The notes under the pieces are model-generated. The model saw nothing but the letters and a program-made list of their open reading frames with translations, had not been told where the DNA came from and did not search any database. Shown here in pieces: positions 50,548 through 64,000 of a DNA stretch of 64,000 nucleotides. The number at the start of each line of letters is the position of its first letter. Positions within the stretch are counted from its first letter, which is position 1. The position numbers and the translations under genes are program-made. The DNA is from Marsupella aquatica (Eukaryota; Plantae; Marchantiophyta): NCBI GenBank assembly GCA_973895155.1, contig OZ316892.1:5550476-5614475 (forward strand), written 5' to 3'.

Positions 50548-50772
50548 CACTGTTCACTGTAATTAGTGCTATGCAAGAATTACTGTTAGTACAAAATTAG
50601 TGTTACTAACACTAATTTTGGTGAAAATGATTTTGAGTCCAAGTAACACTAATTCATGTGCGCGAAAATAGTGTTAGCACAAAATTAGTGTGACTAACAC
50701 TAATTCGCGAGCAGACCCTGAAAATGAGCACTCTCAAATTAGTGTTAGTCACACTAATTATGGTGAACAGTG
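50548..50772. mobile_element. Tc1/mariner-type MITE (TA TSD) with internal palindromes
   Basis: TA|CACTGTTCACTGTAATTAGTG ... CACTAATTATGGTGAACAGTG|TA; several internal AATTAGTGT(N)ACACTAATT palindromes. Confidence 0.8.
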
Positions 50773-51584
50773 TACTTTTATCAGTGTCTCTCTTTCACTT
50801 ACAAAAGAACATGATCTAGTGTAGACAGTGCACAAGTTTTATTTACTGTCAAACAGTGTCAGTGGGATGTTGGAGTAAGGAACTCTCATCAAAGATATAT
50901 GTTACACTTAGCCTGAATGTCAAGCCTTGCTCACAAACAGATGGTGAGTCTGTACCATCATGCCAGTTTACAATTTTGCCCAAATTCAATGTTAAGTCTA
51001 CCCCAGCCAGTCACTGTCTACTGTAGAGGTTTCAATGTAGATTATAGATCTTTACCCTAGCCTTGGTGCACACTTTATTATATAGATGAGGCTGACCCTA
51101 AGAATAGAAGGAGTATTTAGAACCCTTCGATAAAAATTGGCAACTCTCCTTTATGGGTTCTTCTGCAGTTGGGATATTGTCTCCCCAATTTGGTGCTTTC
51201 TCTCCTTTGGCAATGTGCTATGTATGTACTTGTAGGGGTGAGAACAATTCCTCCAGACATTTTTATTGACAAATACTACCAGAATTCTACAGACATGAAA
51301 ACCACTGGCTACTTTTGGAAGAAGATAGCTAAAGTAGATTTGTTTGGTCTTCCATGAGCAAGTTTTCCACCTAGCCATGACCCTATTGGCCAGAATCTGA
51401 TGATTATCCTCAGATCTAGGGATCTGTGACGTGTCACAAATAAGTCGTAATATTTGATAAGGAAAATTCATAGCACTTTATTTTTCACATGAGGTGACAT
51501 TCACCACCTTGGCCAAAAATATTAAAATATATTAAATCTATGTTGATCCCATCTCCTGGTTCTGAGCTTTATTTATTTACGAGC

Positions 51585-52790
51585 TCAATACCCGTGCGTT
51601 GCACAAAAGAAGTCGTGTCGGCCAAGATGTCGTTGAGAAAAAAAAGTTGCCATGTCAGCCAAGAGGTTGTGGAGAGAAAAAATGCCGTGTCGGCCAAGAG
51701 GTGGTTGAGAGAAAAAAAGTCGTTGAGAAAAAAGATGTCATGTTGGCCAAGAGGTCGTTGAAAAAAAAGTTGTCATGTCAGCCAAGATGTCGTTGAAGAA
51801 AAGATGTTGTGTCGGCCAAGACATCGTTGACAGAAATTACCCATGTATTGCACAAAAGATGTCGTTAAGAAAAAAAATATTGTGTCGCCCAAAATATCAT
51901 TAAAATAAAGAGATCATGGCGCCCAAGATATTGTTAAGAAAACAGATGTTTGTGGCGCCCAAGATGTAGTGTCCCCCAAGATGTCGCTAAGAGGAAAGTG
52001 TTGTGGCACCCAAAATGCCCTTAAGAGAATTATATGTTGTGTTTCCCAAAAATGATGTTCTTATGTGAAAAATGTCATGAAGTAAAAAGATGTTGTTAAG
52101 AAAAAGAAGTCATTTTGCCAAAGATGGCATGTTGCCCAAAAGGTCATCAAGTAAAAAATTGTGTCAAGTAAGTAGATGTCATGTTGCCAATGATGTCATT
52201 ATGCCAAAGATGTCGTTAAGTATTAAGATGTTGTTAAGTATAAAATGGTCAATAGATAAAGTATGTCATTACTAAAAGATGTTGTGAAGTAAAAGATGTT
52301 GGTAAGTACATATCGGGCCTGATACCTGTGCATTGCACAAAAGATGCATGTTGAGGTGAGAAAATATATCAAGGTGAGAAAAGATGTCATATTAGAGAAA
52401 AACATTTTGAGCTGAGAAAAATATGTTAAGGAAAGAAAATATAGCAAGGTGAGAAAAAGATGTCATATTAGAGAAAAACATTCAAAGGTGAGAAAAATAT
52501 GTCAAGGAAAGAAAATATAGCAAGGTGAGAAAAATATGTCATATTAGAGAAAAACATTCGGCGGTGAGAAAAATAAGTCAAGAGAAAAGATGGTGAGATG
52601 AGAAAAAGATGTCAATATGAGGAAAAAATGTTGTGGGTGAAGAAAATTGTTGTGGTGAGATAAAGATGACCAGGTGAGAAAAATATGGCAAAATGAAACA
52701 AATATAATATATATGTTGAGGTGAGAAAAGATATCGAGGTGAGGAAAATATGTCAAGATGAGAAAAGATCTAGAGGTGAGAAAATATTTT
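51585..52790. repeat. Long degenerate AAAAGATGTC/GCCAAGATG and AAGGTGAGAAAA tandem arrays; same family as 1390-1750
   Basis: Sub-arrays each start after ATACC(C/T)GTGC.TTGCACAAAAG-like motifs (51588, ~51838, 52322). Confidence 0.75.
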
Positions 52791-53767
52791 ATCTATATTT
52801 TATTTATATTTGAAATTATTTCAAAAAATAGAATTATTTATATATGAAGAAATTTAATTAAAATTTGATTAATTTTTTCAATTGTGACAGGTATGGGAAG
52901 GTTAAAGGGTAGCTTGGGCAGGAACTTATTTTTAGAAGGGGTGTATGGATAGATCTTAAAGTGTGAAAAAAATTATGTTTTGATGAACTTTCAAGATCGA
53001 TTGTCATTTTTTTTAGTTTGTAAAGGGACCGGATCAGGATTATAGTGGTACATGGTAAAGGGAGGTCTCCTTGATACTCTTGCATTGCTAGAGACCCTTC
53101 TTATTTTCTTTGTACTATTAAATTCATTTTTTGCTTGGAAACATTGCTCTCCATTTTCATTCACAAAAGAAATCATTCTTTCATGTTTTTCATTTTGGGG
53201 ATATTGTAAATTTGAATGATTACTATAATAAAGAAAGTAACATTTTATTATAGATTTTGATATTGTCTTTGTAATCTAATTTATTTTTTAATTAATCTAT
53301 TTTAATTAAATTACTATCATTATTATATTTTGCAATATTGTAATACTTGCAATAATATATAATATCATATATATTATGTATTTTTGTATTTCATGTGTAT
53401 AACTCTTTGATACTCATACATGTACATTCACTCTCTTGTTTTGTGTGCCCCATTGGTTGAGCATTGGCTCCCTACTTTAGTGTCTCCCATTTGATTCCTT
53501 GCTTGTTTGGAATGTATTTACTATTTTTTTGGTGCACACTAAATTTATATATAACCTTTATTCCTTCTCTTTGACATGATTAATGTCTTTTGGACACTAC
53601 AAATTTGAATGACGATCACTTCATAAAAAGGCGCAACCTTGTATTATAGTTTAGGATTTATAAATTTGATATCGTAACCTGAGTGCCCGTCCTACATTAG
53701 AGACATTACTCACCCTGCCTATAGTCTTCATTTTTGGCGCCAATCCAAACTTCTTTTACCTCCCAGG

Positions 53768-55490
53768 CCAGTGTTTTTTTTAGTGGCCAAAATTCACCAA
53801 ATTTCACCTCCCCAAAAATATTTGGCAGCTTTTGGCAAAAATTGACTTACTATTTTTCTGTCTCAGTAGCCAGTGTCCCACCTAATTGCAGGCCCAGTTA
53901 GCCAGAATCTAATGGTCAGCCTTAAATCTAAGGAGATCTGACTGTCAGTAAAATAATTGAATAAGGTATCTGTTGAGCATCTTCTCCTTCACACACTATA
54001 CATTGGCCATACACTTGCCACTCTCGGCAAAAAGTAAAATCCTGTAAGAAATAAGCTTCCAGTCCCATAGGCTTCACTCTAAAAGGCAAGCCAAGCCCCG
54101 GAGTCAAGGTTCTGGTTGCCTTGGTGAGTCATTACCTCACCAACCAGCTAATTTCCTCCGTTTCCGCCTCCTTCGCTTTAGACCAGAAGCCCCCAAAAAT
54201 GAAAATAAGGGAAAGACAAATTAGCCAGTTTAGACCAGACGCCACCAAAAGTAGCTTTCAATGGCAATTCTATAGTCCGGCATTCCTGTCGGGGGTGAGA
54301 ACAATCGCTTCTATTTAGGGGTGAGAAGAGTCGACTTTGGAAACGGGCGTATAGTTTTTACTGGTAGCGGTGAGAACAATTCCTTCTATTTAGGGGGTGA
54401 GAAATCCGCTTCGAGAACAAGCGAGAGCTGCCCGCCCCACTGCGTTTGTCGAAGTGTCTCCTTGCCGGTACGGCGCCATACAGCCGGTTCTTTCACGGTA
54501 CCTCTGTCCCTAGTTCCGGTGGACGGTACCTCCCCGGCTCCCCTGCCCTTTGGGCCACAGGCCTGCCGCCCCTTTCCCCAAGGTACGGGGGCGTCCGGGA
54601 ATCCCGGGCCTCGCTGCTCCCCCAAGTTGGCGCTCCAGCTCGGCGAGTCCTTCCCAAGGACCGGTCTATTCTCAACACGGCAATGCCAGCGATAAGCGGC
54701 TTAGGTGGCGACAGGAAGTGAGTTTCCGAATGAATGAAACTGGCGCTTCAGATTAGTCTCTCGCTCCAAGGGGGGCTTTACAAGAGGGTGGGGGCGGTTT
54801 AGTGTCTCTCCATCCAAAGCAAACCTAATGTCGTTTCCTTACACTTTTCTTTAATCAATGCAATTCACTAAAAATAAATGACCATTTTCTCCAAGTTTTT
54901 AGACCACCTAAATTGAGAGGATAAGGATTGTTTTTGTATACAGCAAAGTTTTGTTTAGAGGGCAAAATGGGATATAAGGCCCCCCAAAATGAGAGCTTTG
55001 GCTCTAGAATTGAGAGGCTACTGTTGCCCATACTGCTCCCTAAATAGGAAATTATTATACTTAAAGTCATGAGAGATTATTGGTATTTCTAAAATCTAAT
55101 AAAAAGTAGTGGATAATGTTTCTACAGAGGTGATCAGAGGAGCATAATGCTCCAGGATGCCCTAAAATATACAAAGGGAGAAATCTTGAAGGACTTTAAG
55201 TTCTGACAAGGGAGACTGTAGGGATTTCGCAGCCCTAAATCCCTCCTGTATTTGTGTGTTTCTAGTTTTAGATATGGTTATGATACATTACCAATTGCAT
55301 TCCTAGAGATATTTATGGAGCACTACATGTACAAGAGGTCCATTGAAATTAAAAACTATCTGAGATCTGGAGAAACTAACTGCAAGATCCTGAATAGAAA
55401 TGCAGGGTGAATTGGAGATGATTTTTTGCCAAAAGTGCCTGACTTTTGAGGGACGTAGAATTTGGTGAATCTTTGCCACTAAAAAATATG
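53768..55490. mobile_element. Possible degenerate TIR element (hAT-like CAGTG end) enclosing a GC-rich insert
   Basis: Left CCAGTGTTTTTTTTAGTGGCCAAAATTCACCAAATT...TTTTGGCAAAA versus right TTTTGCCAAAA...AATTTGGTGAATCTTTGCCACTAAAAAATATGG (imperfect inverted pair); TSD not identified. Confidence 0.45.
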
Positions 55491-55790
55491 GTATTTATGA
55501 GTCAGGCTGGCTGTGGAGGCAACAGCGTTGTGCTCCCCCATATATAGAAGCTAAACAATTATAACATTCTTGAGCTATCCCCTTTGTATTGTGCCTTTCC
55601 TGTGGGTTGTCACTTTCCATTATTGATTAAAACATAGGGGACTCTGCATTAATCAATACACCACCCCTCAAAATATGAAGATCCCTCCAGTTCAAGGACC
55701 TCTCATGGGGGTCCGTAAATTAAGAAGTTAAAATTTGCCAAAAGAACTAGTGGAAGAACTGGAAGGACCAAAATATGTTTTGCAAGGCAT

Positions 55791-56906
55791 GAGCTAAGTT
55801 GGTACGTGGGGTAATCAAGTTTTACTCGTGTTGTTCCAGAAGGTCCTTGGAACCGTTTTGCTCCTGCACTAAGCTCCCAGCTAAGGACCTAATCCTAAAC
55901 ATAGGAAAGCCCTACTCTTCATCTTCTTTATTCTGCTTACTTTGACCATATTTTGAGACGAATAATAGATAATTGTGGATGAAGTGAAACTACACTACTA
56001 CTGTAGGTGCTGCCAGTTTATGCGTAGACACTAGTCGTTTTTTAAACTATGCACGTTTTACACAAGTCTGCGTATATGCTATCATGACATCATGGCAACT
56101 TTTTTATATGACACTACCATATCACCGTTCTAAAAATAAAAAGGGAAACCCACAAGAGCAAGCCGCCATCATAGCAACTTTCCATATTCAAGGTTGCTAG
56201 TATCTTAGGGCCCAAATGTTCTGTAAGATTTGGGGATGAAATTGAAGGCATACTATGTATCCAGAATTCATCGACATTTTTGTACCTTCACAGTGTTCTA
56301 TATGCATGCCAAACTGTAACAGTACAGAAATGACATGGAAGAACAAGAAAACGGTAGGAAAAGTCTCCCATCTGGATCTCACCCACTCAATTTCTTGGCA
56401 CTTCTCCCCATACATGCAGCTATGGTATCTGACCTGCATGAGAATGATGATACTATTGTTGTTGCTTCACTGTCTTACATAATGATCTTATCCTAGTGTC
56501 TCTTTGAGTTACATATTTGACTAATGGAAGTGGAATCCACTAGGGTCCTTTTCCAACGGTAGGGTAGTCATGGTACTACATTTCAGCACTAAACAAGTAT
56601 ACTTTAACAATGTGGGAGGACATCTGGTCAGACTTGTGAGACCAAAGAGCCCTTTGGCCACGCTTCTTTAGTTGCCCCCCACCATGCACTTGATTTGGCA
56701 TATTGTCTTTTCCTCCAAAATAAAATAATAATAACATTAACAGAACTTTGCGAGACAATCACGTTGTTCTCATTTTGAACCCATGCTTCACTTGTGGGGG
56801 GAGTCTAAAAAATGTCTTCCTAAGAACATTCCTAAGAACCCAAGTTTCAACGAGCTAAGTTGGTACGTGGTAATCAAGTTTTACTCGTGTTGTTCCAGAA
56901 GGTCCG
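55791..56906. repeat. Pair of ~55-bp near-identical direct repeats about 1.06 kb apart
   Basis: GAGCTAAGTTGGTACGTGG(GG)TAATCAAGTTTTACTCGTGTTGTTCCAGAAGGTCC at ~55791 and ~56852. Confidence 0.85.
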
Positions 56907-59900
56907 TCTAAAAAGTTTGCATGATAAGCATGATAATTTGAGGTTCCATGGAGTTAGGTTTGGTATTAATGCCTACTGCATTCCTCACTTGTAGAGCCTG
57001 CAGAAATATTCCATCTACTCCTGCCAAAATCTGTGCAAGAATGGTTGCGTGACCGCGATGACTGACAGATACCCATTTTGGGCAATTTTGGGATTTGGGG
57101 ACGACTGAAAAGGTTCCACGCTGGAACGCTTGAAAGGTGCCACGATGGACATTTGCAGACGGATCAGAGAAGTCTTGCAAAGGGGAGTGGATCGTGTACC
57201 CATTTTGGAGTACAGAAGGGTTCTCACAAATCTCAAGACCTTTGGCGCTCGGTGATTCTTTAGTCGACGAATTCAGGCCAGTGGAGAAGCATTTTTACCT
57301 CCTGTAGCGAGTGGAGAAGATGCAGTGGCGAATGATAGTGCCGAAAGATACAGAGATACATACATCAAGGGATAAAACAAGCAAAACTAGCCAAAATCTG
57401 GCTGTAGTCGGAGGAGGATTCACCCTACTCATACAGCAAAAAATCGAGTGAATAATTTTGCAAAATTAGCAAAAATTTGTCTCTAGCAGCAGTTAGATTC
57501 ACCAGATTTTCTATAGTGATATAAGGAAAATTGAGGGGGGAAAAGAACAGCAAATTTCAATATTTGGCTTTGTTTGTCAGCTGGACTCAGATTCAATGAA
57601 ACAATGAATGAAAAATGAGAGGAAAAAAATAAAAATTTCCAGTAAAACTCTCCAGGTCTATGACAATCTGACGGGTATCTCTAAATTCAGGCAAAATCTA
57701 ACGGTTTTCAATAATTTTAGTAATATATATAGCTACGTAGTAGAGTAGGGGCGCCCCTCCTAGTTTCCTTCATACACCCTCGAGGTATACTTCAGTTTCA
57801 TCACAAAATACAAGAAAATTACTCTGGGAGAATTGAAGGAGAATAATGGAATTGTGCGAGATGAGATCATGTGCAATGAAGTGCAGAGAGACCGGCGCTG
57901 TCAGCAACTAGCGTATGGACATTCAATGCAAAGCCTGCAGCTTTATGTCTGCATCCAAGGGTGCCTTGGACTTTGAATCGTCCAGTCTTTTGTTTCCCTG
58001 CTCCCTCAGGCCCTACAGCCTCATCATACGTGCAAAATAAGTTGTCTTCCTGCAGGTTTCCACAGAACCAATCTCCTTACCACTGTCACAGAGGAGCTGC
58101 CAACTCCAGGTTACGATGCACTTAATATAATCACCCTTTTGACCTGGGTGGACTGTGCATGACAGCTCGAATAGATCGTCATAATAGCATTGAGGCAAGT
58201 GTGAGAATGACCTTGAGAGTTGAGACGCTTCAGTCCAAGGTCAGAAGTTCGTCCACTACTACTACAAACTTTTCCCAGCTCCCTCGTGTGGGAATGGCTC
58301 CCCAGCGGTCTCGGTCTGTTTCCCGATTCTTCTGCTTCATCCGCTTCTTCCGCTTCTAAGCTCAGTCCACGACTGTATAGTTCACTTGTGTGCATTTCTA
58401 AACACCCGAGGGAGAAAAACTGAACGTGTCGTTTAAATCCTCTGATAGTCTGATGACCACCACGATGCATGGTAATTATTACAGCGTTGCTTTAGTGGTG
58501 AGATCCTAACTTCTCATTCCTCTCCCACCGGAACAGTGAACGAAACGTTTTGGCGACACGTGAGGTGCCGAAATGAGTAAATTATAATAACCCGGGCCCC
58601 GAGGGCCTGTCTAGGTAGGTCTCTGGGCTGCAGTACCCGAGTCAAAGGGGGCATTAGGCCCTGAATGATGGAGGGGACACTTACAATATGGATACATCCT
58701 GTCAGAGAATTCAGTTCAGATTCCAATACGGCAATACTGTATTGCCTTTCGGTACGTGACTAGATAAGTTGTCCATAAAGCGAGACGCCATGGAAGAAGC
58801 CAAGACAGTGCTTGGTAATAACGGGTTGATGCCTAGTATAATTATACTTACAGAAATTGTGGGTAGTTTCTAGACAGGGCTGGACGTTCCTAGATCCAAC
58901 GCAATAGGGTATATTCTCCGCACAGGTCGGCAATGGTCACAAGTAAATAACTCATGAATATAAAATTCAAGATCCTGCCATGCTTCTTATTCCAGCAGCT
59001 TCCTCCAGCCCATAGCTTTCCATGTACATTGTATGAGAAGTAAACTAACTAACGTACCGCCCCACCAATTCAAGCGTCATCCCAGCTTCCCTTGGTAAAA
59101 CGAATCCCCAATTTCCGAATAGGTAGCTTTCGTATATAACATAATTGCATGTTGAACTCCAACCATGGATATTTCTGCGGGTATTTCTGTAAAACTCTAT
59201 TTGTGTCCCTGCTTAGATCAAGGCCACTCCAGCTAGACGAGGGATTAGAAATTCTCCATAGAGATATAACTAGTGACCTCCGCGCTCACCTTGCTCCCTG
59301 CCGCTTCCAGACTGTTAGCCATATATGCCTACAGTGTCCCTTCCTACATTTGGCATGTTTCACAAAGGGACTTTGGTACCCGGTTAAATCTTTTTGTCGC
59401 ATGACGGTATGATTGGCCTTCGCAGCCTTTTGTTGACCTCGGCTTAAATCCTGTCTTTCCATGTAGCGTTGCACATCTCATGGGTTCCACTGAAGAAAAG
59501 GTAAATACTTCCTCACGTAAAGAATCCCCGACCACAATCAAAAGGGAAGATCACAATACAGGTTATCGTGATGTTCTCTCTTTGCCTCTATTTACTGATT
59601 CAACTAGGTGCTAGTGGAGTATCTGAAAAGCCAGGATTTTGCTCTATTCCTTCAGGAGTTTTTCGGGAGTTTTTCTATGTACACCTCGACCTCATGGCAG
59701 TGCGTACGACTTCCAATAGAATGGCACGATACCACAGTCCAAGAAGTTACGCTGGACGTGATGTTGCTTGTGGACTTCGAGGCTGACTTCTCCGGACATC
59801 AACAAATTTAGTATCTGCGGGGTGAGAACGCTATATGCGAAGCTCGAAGCGATAAAGTACTGACTGCAGCTTGTTGTATTTAATCTGTTGGGGTTTTCAT

Positions 59901-62749
59901 CGTTCCCCAAAATAATAGGACACACCTTGAGGGATCGAAGCCCGCACTGAAAGGCGTACAAGATTCTGAGTATCAAAGGCCAATGCTAGAGAATGAACAC
60001 TAGGGATCATCGCCTCCAACCCACTAGAGACAATTTAATGGCTGCCTAACGTACAATCCTGTCAGCTCGTTAGCTGCTACAGTAAAACTGAATGCTGCGA
60101 AGCTGAGGGAGGGATTTCTAGAGGTAGTTTGGATCACAAGGTATCCTTCAAACTCTTCAAGTCTAGATATATGAGCTGGAGACGAAAACTGTTCAGCGGG
60201 ACGACAACGAAAACATGTCAAGAAAAAATGTAGAGCATGAAGACCAGACACTTTCAAAATAGACTGTAGGTATCACGACATGCGGGTCGACTGAGACAAA
60301 CGATCAGGACAAGTGGACGAGTACATTATATTATTCTGAGATGCCAATGACGTTGTTATTTGATCCGATTAGCAAGTCACAAATTGATATGATTGGAACA
60401 GAGTGTGCTACGCCAGTAGATATATTCCTTGAGGCTACTGTGATCTGAAGTATTACCTCATGCAACACCTAACGAAGGAACGATAGAAGCACACAAACGA
60501 ACTGAAGAGATACCAAGCATGTTTCCATTGTATCGTCTGAGCTAGTTTTGTACGGTTCGATCTTATTCGACTTCATTCCCCCACAGCTATACTTTGTGAG
60601 GAAAAGCTGTGGAGCAGACGATTTGTTCCAACCGTTCACACTCACGGATGAAATCTTTTCTGAAGCTTAGCGTAGTAATTCAAACATGCAGAGACGCAGG
60701 CCACGACGCAGGCCATGGAGGTTATATTGATTGATGGGACCAGTAAGGTAGGGATCGAGGAAAGCATGCGAATCTACACTGGTCATCCAGGTAAGAGCCA
60801 ACTTGCATATGGACAGACCTTCTTGCATGTGGGCAGACCTTCCTTTTCCAGCCCGCAACTAAACGGATGGCATTCACTGAAGATTATATGCCTCAACCTC
60901 CTCGTCTGGCAGATATACTGGAGAACCAAGGGCAGTAAATTCCTGAACTGTGAAATTGAAACAAGAGAAAGGGCCACTAAAGCTGGGTCCAGTGACACCT
61001 ATCCGCATCAAATTATGGAGAACTCAGGGACTCAAAAAGAAATGACCCCTTACATGCAAGATGGCCCTCGCCTTAATTGGTCAGGCTTGACGGTGCTAGA
61101 TTCAGCCTCACCCATCATTCTAATTAATTAACGAGACTGGAAAGAATATAGACACAGTAATGTGGCACGGCGACTGTAACGGCTTTTCTCAGAGCTTGAG
61201 ACGGCCACACCTTTCCCTCCTCAGTCTGTCTCTCTTTCACTTACAATATTATTAATTTTCTCTCTCTCTCTCTGTCATCTCTCTTCCGCGCTCTGATTCA
61301 TGGCTTATGCATGGCCTGTCCCTCTTAAAAAGCGTCTTTTAGAATCTCAGCAGCTCTCAACGGACTGCTGGCTCGATCACTCGGAGATCTTTCGGAACTC
61401 TTGTTAATTGGTTGGCAGGAATGGAAGAAAGCCACCCAGCTGCTTCTCGTATGGAGATCATGATCATGCCGGTTTGTGGCACCTCAGCTGACGATTCGAA
61501 CCATGCATTTTGACCGTCAGCAAATGAAACTCTATGAGCTTCCCAATCTATGTGCTCCCCATCCAGTCTTGTGCAACGACATCATGGAGAGCTGGAGACG
61601 CCAAAGCTTTGGTACAATCGGGTTTGTTCAAAGCACGCTGGGAGTGACTGATCCAGTCCTCCATCAAATGTGTGCATTAGACGTTGTTTGAGCATCACTT
61701 AGTGTCAAAGTTTTTTTTCCTTAATTTTTTTTGTTTGTTGACGACCGCCACATATCCATGCTTATATTTAGTTGAAGTGGATATATTTAGTTTTTATCCA
61801 CTTCAACTAAATATATTTAAATAATATTTCCACTTTATATTTAGTTGACGACCGCCACATATCCATGTACCACACCTTGGCTTTTCCGACTAAGTTTTCA
61901 TATTAATTTAGTTCCAAACCAGCCACATGTTTATTTATAAAAGCTAAGTAACCGTTTCACTTTCCCAAAATCTCCATAAGTATTCTCCTTAACTTAATCT
62001 GTTGTGTTGAAGCTAGCTTTTCCCCTAGGTTTGCCTTTGTTTCCAAAGGTTGGATTTATCTTTAGTCTTCCATTTAAGCTAAGTGTTCACAATCAAATGA
62101 ATCGTCCTCTTCAATGTCCACACTTTCGGGTCTGCATTCTTCAAATTGGAAATCATTGCTTTCCAAGTTAGAAAACCTCTACTAATATACTCATCTCCAT
62201 ACTTCTAAAGTGAAAAACAAAATTAAATCGTTTCCCATAATTCCAATTTATCTGTATAACATGCATGCTGCCAAAAAATGAAAGGCTTCCAACTGAGAGA
62301 CACTACCTCACAGGCGAGAGACTCAATCAAGGGGAGGCAACCAAAGAGCCAAAAACCCAAGGGACCTGGCTGAATCTAGGGGGCTAATTGTTGAGATACC
62401 CAGGGCCCACACGTTTGGTTCAAACCCAGAACATTTAGTATCTAGCTCTTGTTAGTTGCCCTGATCAGCAGGCTAAATTCTTTCTATTAGAAAATCCAAG
62501 AAGGGCATAATCTGTTTAGACATCTTCATGACCAACATCTCTTTTGACAGACAGAGACAAGGATTGCAAAGTAATTTGACTGGGTGAGTGTGACATTAAA
62601 AGAGTGTTAATTGATAATTATGGGCATAGTTACTTTCTGATATTGATCCCCGAATAGATCACACAGTCAAGTTCTGGCTGACACGAGTGCCATGCATTGA
62701 AATACCTGTATTTAGATAATTGCATATCCAAATGTGACAATATATTATG

Positions 62750-63830
62750 GACTATGAATAACCATTTAAAAAGATTCAACCATGTCACTATGAAATGTAC
62801 TATGAATAACCATTAAAAAATTCAACCATGTCACTCGAGATGTCACTATGAAACTACGGAAGTGGGACCACTTGCACTAGACTGCATTCTTATCTTAATT
62901 ATCTCTTTAGTAATAACAACTAGTGACCTCCTTTCTCACTTCAAGCGGACTGACACAAAGATAAAAAAAGACGTAGTTAGTAAACCACACCTGTGTAATA
63001 TATAGTTACTCTAGTTTGTGGTAACCTGTAGTACTAATTTCAGGTGAACATGCTATATCTATATGGAGAATCCACCTTTTAGATTTTGTCTTATTCATAT
63101 TTTCAGTCATATATTTTTATTTTTATTTTGATGTACCATTACTAGGTGTATCATTTGTGTTTGGGTTTGTGTTATCTAGATTAGGAATGAATTTTTGTAT
63201 CCCTTTTAATTTTTGCTGTCCTAGAGTTCATTTTGACACGACTCTTTGCTACTCTCCGCATATACTTTACCCCCGACTTTACCACCAATTTTAAACTTCT
63301 ACCAGTTGAGAGAAGAAGTTTTAACTGTTCTCATGAGCGAGATAAATGAATTTGAGCAATATATGTTGACAACTAGTGTCTTAGGTTCCCCCCATGGTTA
63401 GGTTTCCTAAACTTATGGTTTTGATTGAAGTGATTGTCATTACCTCATGCAAGTGAATATGTGTACCTTATGTGCACAACTATTCAATATCTTTATTTCA
63501 TATCCACAAGACTTGTAATGGGCACAACTATTCATATCTTTATTTCATATCCACAAGACTTGTACTTTTCCTGATCATTATGCATATTTATTTGCTTGTG
63601 CCCTATTTCTAGGTTTGTATCCCACTCAAGATACTCTTTTCTTTGCATATACTATACTTCTACTATTGTATTTTATTGTAAAAAAATTAAATGTCTTACA
63701 CATATCACTACAAGACAAAAAAAACAAAGCATGTACATATCACTACAAGACAAAAAAAACAAAACATGTTCTAGGATGAACATGCTATAATTGTAACCTG
63801 CAGTACTAATTTCAGGTGAAGTGGAATTGT
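62750..63830. repeat. AT-rich region with several short local duplications
   Basis: ACTATGAATAACCATT...TTCAACCATGTCACT x2; GCACAACTATTCA.TATCTTTATTTCATATCCACAAGACTTGTA x2; TACATATCACTACAAGACAAAAAAAAC x2; GTAACCTG.AGTACTAATTTCAGGTGAA x2. Confidence 0.75.
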
Positions 63831-64000
63831 GTATACTAAAGAGCATATTTTATTTTTGGATATTTTTGAGTATGGGTGTCATCTCATTAGTTCACCCTAG
63901 GGGGTGGTCTCACTGAGATCTACGTCCCACAAAATACTGCATCTAAATTTACTTAAATTTTTTTTAAGTAGTCACCAAAAGTGGGTTAAGGGTACAAAGA

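Noticed and set aside
54115-54152. rRNA gene
   Set aside because: Only ~38 bp are SSU-like and the flanks are not rRNA.
57750-61700. Possible gene or miRNA precursor in moderately GC-rich unique sequence
   Set aside because: No consistent exon chain, protein motif or conserved plant miRNA recognised; a lncRNA cannot be excluded without RNA data.

Overview
Eukaryotic nuclear DNA from a land plant. A non-seed plant such as a liverwort is my impression only and is not proven. Five host protein genes can be reconstructed with canonical splice sites: an intronless isopentenyltransferase (IPT, +), a convergent 4-exon CYP71-clan P450 (-), mitochondrial ribosomal protein mS35 (-), PMS1/PMS2 mismatch-repair endonuclease (-) and a 7-exon plant-type LONELY GUY (LOG, -). 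There is also a U2 snRNA gene. Main signal: the IPT lacks the tRNA-binding insertion domain, and its motifs resemble the IPT half of fungal (Claviceps/Fusarium) IPT-LOG fusion enzymes, suggesting an adenylate IPT shared with fungi by horizontal transfer. It appears tandemly duplicated (a paralog's 3' flank fills the start of the window), sits tail-to-tail with a P450 and lies about 33 kb from LOG. This makes a candidate de novo cytokinin biosynthesis locus (IPT + P450 + LOG). Second signal: a complete 6.5-kb PIF/Harbinger-superfamily transposon (16-bp TIRs, AAT target duplication, Pangu-like) with an apparently intact transposase, a decayed Myb-like partner, an RPA1-C-like OB-fold cargo gene, an orphan ORF and an internal minisatellite. 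The rest is rich in SINE, MITE and tandem repeats. All homology calls come from motif recognition, not database searches.
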